DNA from: a virus
Taxonomy: Duplodnaviria > Heunggongvirae > Uroviricota > Caudoviricetes
Direction: 5' to 3' (one strand)
DNA length: 64,000 bases
IMG/VR virus record: IMGVR_UViG_3300046522_000748
Below, in pieces: positions 27,118-36,574 of the stretch. A program made the position numbers and the translations under genes. The notes under the pieces are model-generated. The model saw nothing but the letters and a program-made list of their open reading frames with translations, was not told where the DNA came from and searched no databases. The first letter of the stretch is position 1. Every line of letters starts with the position of its first letter.

Positions 27118-27216
27118 AATTTATTATTGCCAGTTTGGTCATCTCTGTTGCTTGACCTGCCCAAGCAAAAACCCCCTGGACGAGTCCAAGGGGTTTCATG
27201 TCAACTGCGCGCGTCC

Positions 27217-27621
27217 TTACAGTTTGCTTTTCAGCTCCTGAAGCTCTTCAACCGACAGGTTGGCGAGTTTTTCGCCTTGCTTCGCCTCGATCAGTTGGTC
27301 GATCTTCTGGATCTGGGAGTTGCGTTGCACTTCAGCCGTTTTGGCTTCTTTTTCTTGCACACGGGTGTCGATGATGTGCTTCACGATGTCAAACTTCAGC
27401 TGAAGCACGGCATCCTTTTTCGGGCTGCTGACGAAGCTTTCTTCGGTGCCTTTCAGCGCCCGGTTCAGCTCGATTGCGATTTCGTCGAGGCTCAGTTTGT
27501 TCCGGTCGCTCGACAGCGGCAGTTCCCACAGATTTTCCGCAGACAGCTGGCCGATGCGCGTATCAAAACGCAGCTTACTGCGGGTGGCTTGTTCGAAGAT
27601 GTTTTTGGTTTCAGTGGTCAT
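27217..27621 (-). CDS. Conserved phage-type coiled-coil protein
   Basis: IFEQATRSKLRF...GQLSAENLWELPL; GAGG SD; strongly biased codon use. Confidence 0.8.
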   Translation of the reverse strand: MTTETKNIFEQATRSKLRFDTRIGQLSAENLWELPLSSDRNKLSLDEIAIELNRALKGTEESFVSSPKKDAVLQLKFDIVKHIIDTRVQEKEAKTAEVQRNSQIQKIDQLIEAKQGEKLANLSVEELQELKSKL

Positions 27622-27661
27622 GTTGCACCTCGTTGATTTTCAGAAATTTGAGAATTTTGGT

Positions 27662-29662
27662 TTAGAACTTTACGTTCAGAACACGGTTGATCGAACCTTT
27701 CACACGCAACAGGATTTCATTACGCTTCACGACAGAGAAGCCCAGGCCGCTCAATTGGTTGTCGTTGGCCGCAACTTTCATCTGCGCCGATACCACTTCG
27801 AACACTTTGCGGTGTGGTGTCAGTTCCTCACGCAGGTATTCGTTGTAGAAACCACGAGTGCCTTCTTCGTTTGCGCAGCCCTTGAGCATAAAGAACACAT
27901 GCTCATGACCGTTGGCTTGATCATTCCAGAAGTTTGGCGAACGGGTGATCAAATCAACCGGTGTCCAGTCTTCGGTTTTGATGCCCCACTGCTCGTTAGA
28001 TGCACCACCAGCAGTCATACCTTCGACGGTGATGACTCCCGCCGCGTCAACATTGATGTAGCCAACGGTGACACGTTTGTCATTACCCAGCGCTGTCGGA
28101 TGCGCGAAGCTGTAGATTTTGCCCAACACCTCAACTTCAATATCGAAGCCGACGTTATTGGTGGAGCGCTGACACCAGTTGTGAACCTGAATTTCGTAGC
28201 GGCCTTTTTTGATGTCGCGCTGGCGAGTCCAGAAAATGTTTTCAACCGGGTCAGTCGTGTTGTGCGCGTGACCGGCGTTCATGTCCACATCGAGTTGCGC
28301 ACCGAAATTGCTGCGCTCGCGGAACCAGCAGCGGTTGCGACCATCGCTTACGCTCAGGTCGAGGTCGTCACCGTTACGCCACGACAGGGACACTCGAACA
28401 TCACCGTCAACCTTGCCGCCTGCACGCTTCACCCGCTCACGGATCGAATCGGTAACTTCACCCACATACGACCACGAAAATGCGTTATCCCATTTGAACA
28501 ACGGTTTTGCATCGGTGTGAACCGGGGCTACCAGACTCACGAAGTTGGTGCGGTGTTCGTTCTTCACAAACGCTTCAACCGTGTCCGCTTTCGGCAGCAC
28601 TTTCTGGAGGAAATCTTTGATCGAGATTTCTTCAACGTCGTTCAGAACCGGAACGGCTTTCTTGGTTGGCTTCACCGCGTCGAACGCGCCGCCCAGCAAT
28701 TTCTTTTTCACAGTGCCATCAACGAAAAGCACGTTGTTAACCGAGATGTCTTCGCGCACGGCGTAACGACGTGCCAGCGAATCTTCCAGGCCCAGTTTCT
28801 CGACCAGCTTTTGGGCTTCGTCGATCATCTTCTGGGTGACCAGTGCTTTCGAACGCTTGTAGTTGGTGCCCGAAGTTTTGTCTTCGAATTTCTTCACGGC
28901 AACTTCAAGATCAGTGCCTTCGGTAATATCCGAGAGCAGAGTGCCGATGACGGTGCCGAGAATACGGGTATTTTTCTTGCCGTTTTCCCACAGGAAGGCT
29001 TCACGCTCCTGGTCGGTTGTCAGTTTGGCGTACTGGCGCTTCAGTTTGCGCAGCAGGTCAATCGCCCACTTGTATTCTGGGCCTTTGTACAGCGAGTCCT
29101 GGTCGATCAGTTCGGCAACGATTTCGATTGCGTCGTCGCTGATTTCTGTGATCGAGCGCATCAGGCCTTGAACGTCGTTTTTACGTTCGCCGATGTAGTT
29201 GGTTTCGTTGTTTTTCCACTGGAAAATCACAGGCACTTTGGCGTGGAAGTGATTCCAGATTTCGCCTTTGGTGTTGGTTTGTTCAGCGCCGTAAGCTGGT
29301 TCGCTGACGATGAAGTGCTGTTCGATTGGCAGTGCCTTCACAAACGCCGCCATGGAATCGGCAATCGTCTGGAACAGCGCATCTGCAACAGTCACGTCCC
29401 ACACGGACAGCATTTCGCCGTTTTTCATGTACACGACGGCGCCAATGTTTTTCACGAAATTGCGGCAGCACGAGCAGTCGTATTCGGTACGGGTGCGGAA
29501 AATTGGGTTGGTGCCTTCAGGGAACGACGCAAGGTAATGCGCCCACAGTTCGTCACCGGTTGCACTCACAACGAACACGTTGTCTTTTTTGCCATCGTCT
29601 TTCTGGATGATGGAGTTGAATGCGTTGTGTACCGCTTTACCAAAAACAGAAAAATCGCTCAT
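27662..29662 (-). CDS. Large phage-type protein with a Cys motif and a YfaP/DUF2135-like domain
   Basis: YDCSCCRNF; VSLSWRNGDDLDL...LDVDMN...PVENIFW. Confidence 0.8.
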   Translation of the reverse strand: MSDFSVFGKAVHNAFNSIIQKDDGKKDNVFVVSATGDELWAHYLASFPEGTNPIFRTRTEYDCSCCRNFVKNIGAVVYMKNGEMLSVWDVTVADALFQTIADSMAAFVKALPIEQHFIVSEPAYGAEQTNTKGEIWNHFHAKVPVIFQWKNNETNYIGERKNDVQGLMRSITEISDDAIEIVAELIDQDSLYKGPEYKWAIDLLRKLKRQYAKLTTDQEREAFLWENGKKNTRILGTVIGTLLSDITEGTDLEVAVKKFEDKTSGTNYKRSKALVTQKMIDEAQKLVEKLGLEDSLARRYAVREDISVNNVLFVDGTVKKKLLGGAFDAVKPTKKAVPVLNDVEEISIKDFLQKVLPKADTVEAFVKNEHRTNFVSLVAPVHTDAKPLFKWDNAFSWSYVGEVTDSIRERVKRAGGKVDGDVRVSLSWRNGDDLDLSVSDGRNRCWFRERSNFGAQLDVDMNAGHAHNTTDPVENIFWTRQRDIKKGRYEIQVHNWCQRSTNNVGFDIEVEVLGKIYSFAHPTALGNDKRVTVGYINVDAAGVITVEGMTAGGASNEQWGIKTEDWTPVDLITRSPNFWNDQANGHEHVFFMLKGCANEEGTRGFYNEYLREELTPHRKVFEVVSAQMKVAANDNQLSGLGFSVVKRNEILLRVKGSINRVLNVKF

Positions 29663-29727
29663 TGCTTTCTCTCACTTCCGTGATAATGGAAATAACTTTA
29701 ATGGGGCTTGTTCGTATTTATGGCCAT

Positions 29728-29765
29728 ATTATACATAAGGCCAGGCGTTTGTCAATATAATTTAC
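29728..29765 (-). promoter_or_regulatory. Sigma70 promoter with one-mismatch operator
   Basis: TTGACA-N16-TATAAT; GTCA-N7-TTAC at 29751-29765. Confidence 0.8.
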
Positions 29766-29818
29766 AGATAATCATAGTGATGTCGGGGGCTGTTTTGCCC
29801 CCTTCACCATCGAGCGGC

Positions 29819-30412
29819 TTACCAATAGGCCAGCGGGTTACGCCAGTCGGGTTTGTTTTCTTCCAGCCAAGCATCTGCTCGTGCATCGAGTACATCTGCC
29901 TGTTCGTAGTCAGTGCGCTCGCGCTTACCGATTACAATCACGCAGCTTTTATCGTGATCGACGATTTCGCACAGCACAAACTCTGGGAGATTATCGCCAG
30001 CGACAATCCGATGGCCATCCACGTCACAGGCTTGATAACGGCTGATGCCGAAACGTCGATCTATCGACACATGGGCGCTTTTATCGTAAAACGCGGCTTT
30101 GTAGAACACGCTGGCGCGGCAACGTCCCTGCTCATCATGCACGTACGACCACATCGAATGGCTAGATGGGCGCAGCGTCCAGCCTTGCGGGGGCTCAACG
30201 GATACGAACAGGTCATCCAGGTTTTCGCCGAATACGAAGCCCAACTGTTCCAGCATGTGGCGACCTGAAGGCTCATCTATCTGACGGGGAAGGCGGTCGA
30301 AGGTAAGAGTCAGTTGGCTTTGGCCCATTTTTTCTTGCTCTTCAATGCCCCCTGGAGTAATTGCCACCAGTAGGTTGTTCATCAGTAGGTTGGCCAGCGG
30401 CGTTTTATTCAT
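29819..30412 (-). CDS. Conserved phage-type hypothetical protein
   Basis: PGGIEEQE..GQ...DDLF..V..P.GW...HSMWS...DEQGR.RA.VFYKAAFYD. Confidence 0.8.
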   Translation of the reverse strand: MNKTPLANLLMNNLLVAITPGGIEEQEKMGQSQLTLTFDRLPRQIDEPSGRHMLEQLGFVFGENLDDLFVSVEPPQGWTLRPSSHSMWSYVHDEQGRCRASVFYKAAFYDKSAHVSIDRRFGISRYQACDVDGHRIVAGDNLPEFVLCEIVDHDKSCVIVIGKRERTDYEQADVLDARADAWLEENKPDWRNPLAYW

Positions 30413-30454
30413 TCTGATTCGGCCTCATGTCTATCAATGATTTGGATTGGGGTC

Positions 30455-30493
30455 ATTATAGTCAATCACGAATCAAATGTCAATGTCATTTAC
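30455..30493 (-). promoter_or_regulatory. Sigma70 promoter with one-mismatch operator
   Basis: TTGACA-N17-TATAAT; GTCA-N7-TTAC at 30479-30493. Confidence 0.8.
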
Positions 30494-30543
30494 AGGTATC
30501 CTAAAAACAAAGGAGCCTTCCTGGCTCCTTCTTTATTGGAAGA

Positions 30544-30780
30544 TTATGGGTAGGGCTTCCCTGTCACCAGGGGTCTTAGCACATTGCCCCGCTCTTCACG
30601 CAATTCTCGTGCTGGCGGCGAAGCGAGATCCTGGGGTTCGAGGTGCCCACCAAAAGGAATATTGAATGACGGCTTCGGCTGATTCTTTCGCTCAATGACC
30701 ATCACTTTTCCGTCTTTTACATAACAGATTTGGGACAGCGTTTTCAGGTCGTCAAATGCGTTAGGCAGAGTAGGTCGCAT
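30544..30780 (-). pseudogene. Truncated NUDIX hydrolase (N-terminal half only)
   Basis: KVMVIERK...IPFGGHLEPQD......RELREERG; ends after 78 aa, with a terminator immediately after. Confidence 0.55.
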
Positions 30781-30807
30781 ACGGAATTCCTTTCAAGAGA
30801 TTGGTCT

Positions 30808-30846
30808 ATTTTAACCAATCACAATCAATTTGTCAATTGCAGTGAC
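30808..30846 (-). promoter_or_regulatory. Sigma70 promoter with operator
   Basis: TTGACA-N17-TAAAAT; operator at 30832-30846. Confidence 0.85.
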
Positions 30847-30848
30847 AT

Positions 30849-31256
30849 TCACGACCGTGGCTTTTCGGTGATTGGGGCAACTGTTGAAATGGATCGGAAG
30901 ATCTGTGCCAAAAAGAAATCTTTGTGAGATTCAAGAATTTCCTGGCCACTCTCTCGACTGATGATTTTGAAGTAGTCGCGAGATTCCTCGGCCAGCGCAA
31001 AAGCCAGTGTGACAGACAGCTGGCCCCAGGCCAGTTCACTCAGCAATACGTGTTCAGCAAAGGGCTGGCTGTCATCAATGTCAGGGAAATTCGCAATGAT
31101 TCGCTCATCAATCCAAGCGCAAAAATCCTGAACCTCCTTGGAGTCGTGTCGATGAGCAACAAAATAGTCGTTTGTGACAAACTGGTGGAGCTGCGTTCCG
31201 AGATCTGTTTTCACTTTTTTCCATTCATTTTCGGTAAACACAATCGCTCGAAACAT
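30849..31256 (-). CDS. Hypothetical protein
   Basis: 135 aa; promoter TTGACA-N16-TATAAT at 31308-31335. Confidence 0.7.
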   Translation of the reverse strand: MFRAIVFTENEWKKVKTDLGTQLHQFVTNDYFVAHRHDSKEVQDFCAWIDERIIANFPDIDDSQPFAEHVLLSELAWGQLSVTLAFALAEESRDYFKIISRESGQEILESHKDFFLAQIFRSISTVAPITEKPRS

Positions 31257-31474
31257 ACAATTCGCCTTAATACAGGTGTGGTCGCCAACAATGGCTATTA
31301 ATTAATAATTATAGAAATGCAATTTAAATTGTCAATAGCAAAAACCGCGTCAACCAAAAGAAAAAACGAGACCCAGGGTCTCGTTTAGTGTCAGCTGATG
31401 CCTGACTGAATGATACTTGGTGCTTAAAACCAGACCTCATTCGGCGGTGCTCGCTCAGACCCGTAAGCTTGCGC

Positions 31475-31897
31475 TTACTCCATATTTTGCGACACCGGGG
31501 CATTGGCGGCGTCGTGTTGCTCGCTTAGTGTACCTTGAGCTGTTACAAAGCGATTCTTTTTGTAATCAAACCCAATGTACCTGTAGAAATCGAACGGCGA
31601 TGCATGAGATATGGTGCCCAGTGACTCATGTGGATCAAGTCCAATTGTCCTCCATATCTCAGCCTCTCTATTGTAGCTCTCCATGATTCGAACATCGAAA
31701 TGCATCGGCATGGGCGTGTAATAGCCATGTTTGTCTTGGTAGGCGCCGAACCGCTTCAATGCGCGCTGTTTGAAAGCATTCATGGATTTGTGTTGAATGT
31801 AAAATCCAGATTCTCTGGGTGCAGGGAGATGGACATGATGAAGGGCAAACTCTTTGCCGTTTCGCTCTTCAATCACCATCATGTCAAATCGTCCCAT
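31475..31897 (-). CDS. Hypothetical protein
   Basis: 140 aa; FYRYIGFDYKKNRF motif; terminator 31364-31386. Confidence 0.7.
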   Translation of the reverse strand: MGRFDMMVIEERNGKEFALHHVHLPAPRESGFYIQHKSMNAFKQRALKRFGAYQDKHGYYTPMPMHFDVRIMESYNREAEIWRTIGLDPHESLGTISHASPFDFYRYIGFDYKKNRFVTAQGTLSEQHDAANAPVSQNME

Positions 31898-31899
31898 GG

Positions 31900-32481
31900 T
31901 TACTCCGCACTGGCCGCATTTTTTTCGATTACGTCCCTGCCAGCAATTTCAGCCTCCACCGCAGCCACCTTCTCTTTGAGTCGATTGGCGGCAAAATCTC
32001 GCCACCCCTCGTACTCTCTGGTCTTCAGATCTCCGGTGACATAGCGCAAATAGATGAGCTGATCCGTCATGATGCCATCGTAATTGGCTTTGACGTGGTG
32101 AACACCGTTGATGTTCACTGGGTCATCATCGACCGCAAGATAATCAGTGTCTGGGTCAAGTCCGCCTTGTTGATCAATCCACTCCTGAATCTCTTCCTGG
32201 CGGGTGTTGCACGAATAACCGGTGCGCCATCGCTCATGAAAGTGAGGGATTTCCAGGTGGTACTTGCGCTTGAGTCGTGCGGCCATCGCAACAGGCTCAG
32301 TCGCCAATTTGCGCTCTACCGATGAGATGACCGCAAATGTGTTTGGTGTCTTCAGGAATTCATTCACGGCCCGCACCGACACTGGGTCATACTTGATGCC
32401 AGCCAAGGTCGAGCGCATCGTTACGAACGGGCCGTCGATGTCGAGGAAAACGATCCTTCGCTTGGCAGGTGTGTGGTACAT
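31900..32481 (-). CDS. HAD-superfamily phosphatase (HAD_SAK_2-like, Swiss-Army-knife RNA-repair type)
   Basis: IVFLDIDG motif I, VISS motif II, R..EI..W, YLAVDDD motif IV. Confidence 0.75.
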   Translation of the reverse strand: MYHTPAKRRIVFLDIDGPFVTMRSTLAGIKYDPVSVRAVNEFLKTPNTFAVISSVERKLATEPVAMAARLKRKYHLEIPHFHERWRTGYSCNTRQEEIQEWIDQQGGLDPDTDYLAVDDDPVNINGVHHVKANYDGIMTDQLIYLRYVTGDLKTREYEGWRDFAANRLKEKVAAVEAEIAGRDVIEKNAASAE

Positions 32482-32507
32482 GAAGTCATCCTGTTTAATT
32501 TAACAAA

Positions 32508-32546
32508 ATTATATAGAACCAGCACACCAGTGTCAACTCAAATGAC
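32508..32546 (-). promoter_or_regulatory. Sigma70 promoter with operator
   Basis: TTGACA-N17-TATAAT; extended palindrome CAGTGTCA-N7-TGACACTG. Confidence 0.88.
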
Positions 32547-32568
32547 ACTGGCGCCCGTTGTCGATGGA

Positions 32569-33087
32569 TTATTCACCAGGAAATGGCTGAGGGGATTTTT
32601 GATGCTCCCATGCATTTTTCGCGTCATCCAGCCGAGTCTCGCCTCGCAGGTAGTCGAGGTAAATCAAGTGCTCACTGGACAGGCCATCGCGGTCTGTTTT
32701 GATGGCAATCACTCCTTCAATGTTCACGGTCTCAGGGCAGATCACAAGATGCTCTGTACCCTCCTCCAGCCCATTACGCTGAATCCAGGCGTTTATGCCT
32801 TCCTGATATGTTTTGCCGCCGATAAAAGCGCTGTGGTCTTGATGGAGTTCGGCCCCAACAATGTTCCGGCGCTCAAAAACAGTCCCATCGCCACGATCAA
32901 GTTTGGCATAAATGTGTTCGGCGCAAACGATAACAACCTGAGAGTTGACCTGATTGATGTATCGGTTGATTGCGGTTGAGCCTACTGGATCAGAAGCAAA
33001 TCCACTGATTCTCGACCTGAGCGTGTCTAGTGAGCCATCAATGCTCAAAAACAAAATTCGTTTACTGGCTGGGGTCTTCAGCTTCAT
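32569..33087 (-). CDS. Degenerate HAD_SAK-like paralog (probable pseudo-enzyme)
   Basis: Colinear with 31900..32481 but FLSIDG replaces FLDIDG and ICPE replaces VDDD. Confidence 0.7.
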   Translation of the reverse strand: MKLKTPASKRILFLSIDGSLDTLRSRISGFASDPVGSTAINRYINQVNSQVVIVCAEHIYAKLDRGDGTVFERRNIVGAELHQDHSAFIGGKTYQEGINAWIQRNGLEEGTEHLVICPETVNIEGVIAIKTDRDGLSSEHLIYLDYLRGETRLDDAKNAWEHQKSPQPFPGE

Positions 33088-33186
33088 TTTGAGTGTCCGT
33101 CTTGGTTGTCGGAAATAAGTCTCGAATAGCGAGGCATTTTGATCGTAACAGCCCAGGCAGCAAGCTGTCTGAATTATCCAGCCGGG

Positions 33187-33546
33187 TCAGTCTTGCTTAG
33201 CCATCCACCCGAAGGCCTTCTTACCGGCAAGTTTTCGTTCGTATTGCGCGATTGCTCTGTCCAGGTCATTGATCTGGATCTTGCGCAGCTTGAGCAGCAG
33301 CCAACCGCTGCCCAGCAGAAGCAATGCCAAGACAATAAAAAATGGCATCATTTTTGAGCTAATGTTGAACAGTGTCAGCACGGTGGTACAGCCCGTACAA
33401 AACGCGAACATAGCCATGGTGTGCATGACATCCAGTCGGTCAATCTGCTCGGCGCGATTAGCATCAATGGCTGCGGGCTCGGTGGCATTGACCATGGTCA
33501 GCAGAGCAACGAATTCATCCCCGGTGGGAATCATGCGCCAGTTCAT
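33187..33546 (-). CDS. Two-TM membrane protein
   Basis: 119 aa, GGAGG SD. Confidence 0.7.
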   Translation of the reverse strand: MNWRMIPTGDEFVALLTMVNATEPAAIDANRAEQIDRLDVMHTMAMFAFCTGCTTVLTLFNISSKMMPFFIVLALLLLGSGWLLLKLRKIQINDLDRAIAQYERKLAGKKAFGWMAKQD

Positions 33547-33924
33547 TTAGCCTCCCGTCTGTGGGCTGGTTTTGAGGTGGTCGATCAATTCGGCAATGAT
33601 AACTTTGTATTCCTTATCTGTCTTGATCAGATCCATCGCCAAGGCGGCAACGGCCAAAGCGTCAGCCGTTGCTGCGTTAGCATTCTTCAGCAACTCAAAA
33701 TCAGGCACCGAGTAATCTTTCACCGCATCAAAGCAGTTGTAGCTGATGTTGATCGCCCGCCCCTCATGTTCGAAGGTACGATACTGCGGACTCAAGGTGT
33801 CACCCACCGTGATGTTCATGCTCATGTGAGGCTCTTTATAGCCTTTGACCGCGTAACTGACCTTCAAATACGGGCACTGGCGCCGTATTTTGTCACGATT
33901 AATGACTCGCTTGAATGTGCCCAT
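33547..33924 (-). CDS. Hypothetical protein
   Basis: 125 aa, operonic. Confidence 0.7.
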   Translation of the reverse strand: MGTFKRVINRDKIRRQCPYLKVSYAVKGYKEPHMSMNITVGDTLSPQYRTFEHEGRAINISYNCFDAVKDYSVPDFELLKNANAATADALAVAALAMDLIKTDKEYKVIIAELIDHLKTSPQTGG

Positions 33925-33927
33925 GGC

Positions 33928-34275
33928 TTATTCACTCACCGGAAAGACCAATGCCTCAAGGGCGTCCATTTGCTCGTGACCCATGTGCTTCGGACGCGAG
34001 TGCAGCCTGTCTATTTTCAGGCGAAGATCTTGCCAGCGGGTAGTGATTGCGCGCTCCGCATCAAACACTTCCTTGCTCGGGTACAGGCGACCTGCGGTGT
34101 ACTCGGTTTTCTCGGCGCCAGTTTCGAGGTAGAACGTCGCGCCTGTGGTGTGCAGCAATACGCGACCTACCTTGGTGACTTCCACGGCATGGTTGCGATT
34201 GTTGTTGTTCACGTAGTAGGCGGTGTCGCCCTTTTTCAGGCTTTTGATCCAGTCGATGTGTGTCGAGGTTGTCAT
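33928..34275 (-). CDS. Hypothetical SH3/beta-barrel-like phage-type protein
   Basis: LKKGDT......VTKVGR pattern. Confidence 0.7.
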   Translation of the reverse strand: MTTSTHIDWIKSLKKGDTAYYVNNNNRNHAVEVTKVGRVLLHTTGATFYLETGAEKTEYTAGRLYPSKEVFDAERAITTRWQDLRLKIDRLHSRPKHMGHEQMDALEALVFPVSE

Positions 34276-34302
34276 GGTTGCGATTCCTGATTTAATGTCA
34301 AC

Positions 34303-34403
34303 ATGATAAACATATTTTCATATTTTGTCAATGTTTTGTTGAGGATCTTGCCGCCTCCGCCAGTGAAAATACCATTGACATTAGTACGTAATGCGCATAT
34401 AAT
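34303..34403. promoter_or_regulatory. Divergent sigma70 promoter pair
   Basis: Minus strand TTGACA-N17-TATCAT (34303-34331); plus strand TTGACA-N17-TATAAT (34375-34403). Confidence 0.8.
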
Positions 34404-34432
34404 AACCGCAATTATCCATATGAGCGAGTCTA

Positions 34433-34957
34433 ATGAACGACCATATCGCCGCAACCCTTGATGGCATCCCTTTTGACACCAAACAGGCGGCATACGTCCG
34501 TAAGGTTGGGGGTGAGTATTCGAATGAAATCCGAGTTTACGACGGGTTTAATGTTGCGAGAGGCGCCGTTCGCAGTGGTCTGGCGAGCGTCATCGAAAGC
34601 AAGTGGCTCGATTACCGGGGTAATAGTGCTCTTGCCCTTGAGCATTACGGATTGCCTGATATTTTGAAGGAAACGACATATCAAGATTGCACCACTTGCA
34701 AGCTCGATGTGCGAGATCTCACCTTGATGGTGGTGTTGTACAACGGAGACATGTTGCATGGTCAAAAGCAAGACAAGCGCTGCCAGTGGAAAATCCAGCT
34801 AAACGCCGCTATCGTCGAAGAAAACTTCATTAAAAGCCTGGATTATGAGCTAATAGATCATCTTGAGAATGATTTTGAGGATGAAGAGAAGCGGAAGAAA
34901 GCGGCTCGCATGCGCGAAATCTTTCTAGAGCAATACGTCACCTCCGCTGACGTGTAA
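34433..34957 (+). CDS. Hypothetical protein
   Basis: 174-aa ORF after a promoter. Confidence 0.7.
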   Translation: MNDHIAATLDGIPFDTKQAAYVRKVGGEYSNEIRVYDGFNVARGAVRSGLASVIESKWLDYRGNSALALEHYGLPDILKETTYQDCTTCKLDVRDLTLMVVLYNGDMLHGQKQDKRCQWKIQLNAAIVEENFIKSLDYELIDHLENDFEDEEKRKKAARMREIFLEQYVTSADV

Positions 34958-35012
34958 TTCTCTACAGCCCGACCAATTCGTCGGGCTCACCCCTTTCGCG
35001 TGAGATCCTTTT

Positions 35013-35567
35013 ATGAACATTGATTACATTAAACAAACCCAGCGGGCGATCAAGCAATTTGTGGTGGCTCAGCCTTACGTTGATAAACGCTCTGCTCTGC
35101 TCAATCACGGCCATGTCACCGTGCCGGGTATCTCCAATGACAAAACAGAGCGCGACATTATTCTGGCCATCAAGGGGGCCGAGACGGTTTCGGTGCAGGT
35201 GGGCAGCAAAGTTCAGATTGAATCCACGCTGGCGCGACTTCTGTATGATTATTCCGGCTGCTTGGACTTTAAGACTGCCTACGACATTCAGCGTTCCGTC
35301 TTGCGCCTGGACGTGTGTATGAAAACGCTGAACAGCCCCCGTAAAATGTCGCCAGCTCAAGCAATTTTCCTTGTTAACTCATCATGGGAAATCACTTTCC
35401 CGACAGCCGAGTTTGAGCGTCTGAGCGAAGATAGCCTCAATATCGCGCTGACTGAGTTCCTGATCAACAAGGACATTGAAGAGCAGCAGCGCATCAAGCA
35501 TGAGCGCATCCAGGCGCTGTATGGCACGCTAATCAGTAGTACTTCGACCACAAGCGCTCAGCAGTGA
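35013..35567 (+). CDS. Hypothetical protein, possibly a distant paralog of 34433..34957
   Basis: Shared DY.G, LDV, W.I and SL..L...L.N pattern. Confidence 0.7.
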   Translation: MNIDYIKQTQRAIKQFVVAQPYVDKRSALLNHGHVTVPGISNDKTERDIILAIKGAETVSVQVGSKVQIESTLARLLYDYSGCLDFKTAYDIQRSVLRLDVCMKTLNSPRKMSPAQAIFLVNSSWEITFPTAEFERLSEDSLNIALTEFLINKDIEEQQRIKHERIQALYGTLISSTSTTSAQQ

Positions 35568-35568
35568 G

Positions 35569-35922
35569 CTAGCCAATAAGGCTGGGTGGCAGCACCTCGA
35601 TCACCGCAAACACCTTTGTTCTCGGATGCGTATTTGCTTTATCGAAACGCCGCCCACACCGAACTGTAAACCAGTGATCTCTGACACAGATGATGTATGT
35701 CTTCCCTTCATCAAGGGTCGGCAGAAACTGTTTCACGGTCACTGCGTTTTCTGGCTTTAGCATTGAAGTAATTTGAAAGCCCATGTCGCGCAGCAAGCAC
35801 CATCCGGCAACGCTGTTCCACCCCTTCTCGCTGTCCCAGCCTCTCTGCGCAGCAAGAGACATGATGACCGATAGGTCTTCTCCGGTTGCAATATGAATGG
35901 CGTATGGAACGCAGTCGCTCAT
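35569..35922 (-). CDS. Hypothetical protein with a DCVP..H motif (possible peptidase-like fold)
   Basis: MSDCVPYAIHIATG...YIICVRDHW. Confidence 0.65.
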   Translation of the reverse strand: MSDCVPYAIHIATGEDLSVIMSLAAQRGWDSEKGWNSVAGWCLLRDMGFQITSMLKPENAVTVKQFLPTLDEGKTYIICVRDHWFTVRCGRRFDKANTHPRTKVFAVIEVLPPSLIG

Positions 35923-35968
35923 GAGGCTTTCCAGTAATTCAATGTGTTTGGGGTGCCGTATCCCTAAT

Positions 35969-36445
35969 TTATTCGCCGAATATATGAGGGTACATAAGTT
36001 TAGCAGCCTCAAGCCTACCTGAAGCCGAAGCGATTGGCAGTACACGCTGTTGCTGTCCCGCCGTTATATCTCGCATCAACTCAGCAAGCTCCGCCTCGCT
36101 CGAAACCACGCGCCCTTCAAGAGACTTTAGCAAAGCCCCAGAGGCGCTATCCTTCACCACAATTCGGCGAGGCCAGCGAGCGGGTGGCGTATCGAACACC
36201 TGACCGTCATGCGAATACCACTTCCACTCATCAAGGCTGAATTGATCCCAATGTCCCTGGATCACCGGCTCTGCCTCAAGGATGATCAGTCCAGAGACTG
36301 GCCCGTCACCCCCTCCCCATGCAGTAGGTCCAAAGTGATGAGTCGGATGGGGCGCGGTGGTATCACAGACAATCGACAGTCGCTCCCAGTCATCGTCGTT
36401 GTCGTAGAGAAACCAGCCTGCGCCAAGATCAATAAAGTGTTTCAT
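35969..36445 (-). CDS. Hypothetical protein
   Basis: AAGGA SD before MKHFID. Confidence 0.7.
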   Translation of the reverse strand: MKHFIDLGAGWFLYDNDDDWERLSIVCDTTAPHPTHHFGPTAWGGGDGPVSGLIILEAEPVIQGHWDQFSLDEWKWYSHDGQVFDTPPARWPRRIVVKDSASGALLKSLEGRVVSSEAELAELMRDITAGQQQRVLPIASASGRLEAAKLMYPHIFGE

Positions 36446-36574
36446 GCATCGTTTCCTTTGATTATTTTTTGCGTTAATAACCGCCTCTTGTACCGACAAA
36501 GCCCGCGACAGTGGCGGGCTTCATTTAGGATTATCAGATTTTCAGGACTCAACGCCTTCGAAGAGCCATATTCC

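Noticed and set aside
27446-29683. 745-aa plus-strand ORF
   Set aside because: Antisense shadow of the codon-biased 666-aa gene; no SD, promoter or protein-like motifs.
31390-31470. Short hairpins in the 3' UTR as a ribozyme
   Set aside because: Only weak stems and no complete catalytic core.
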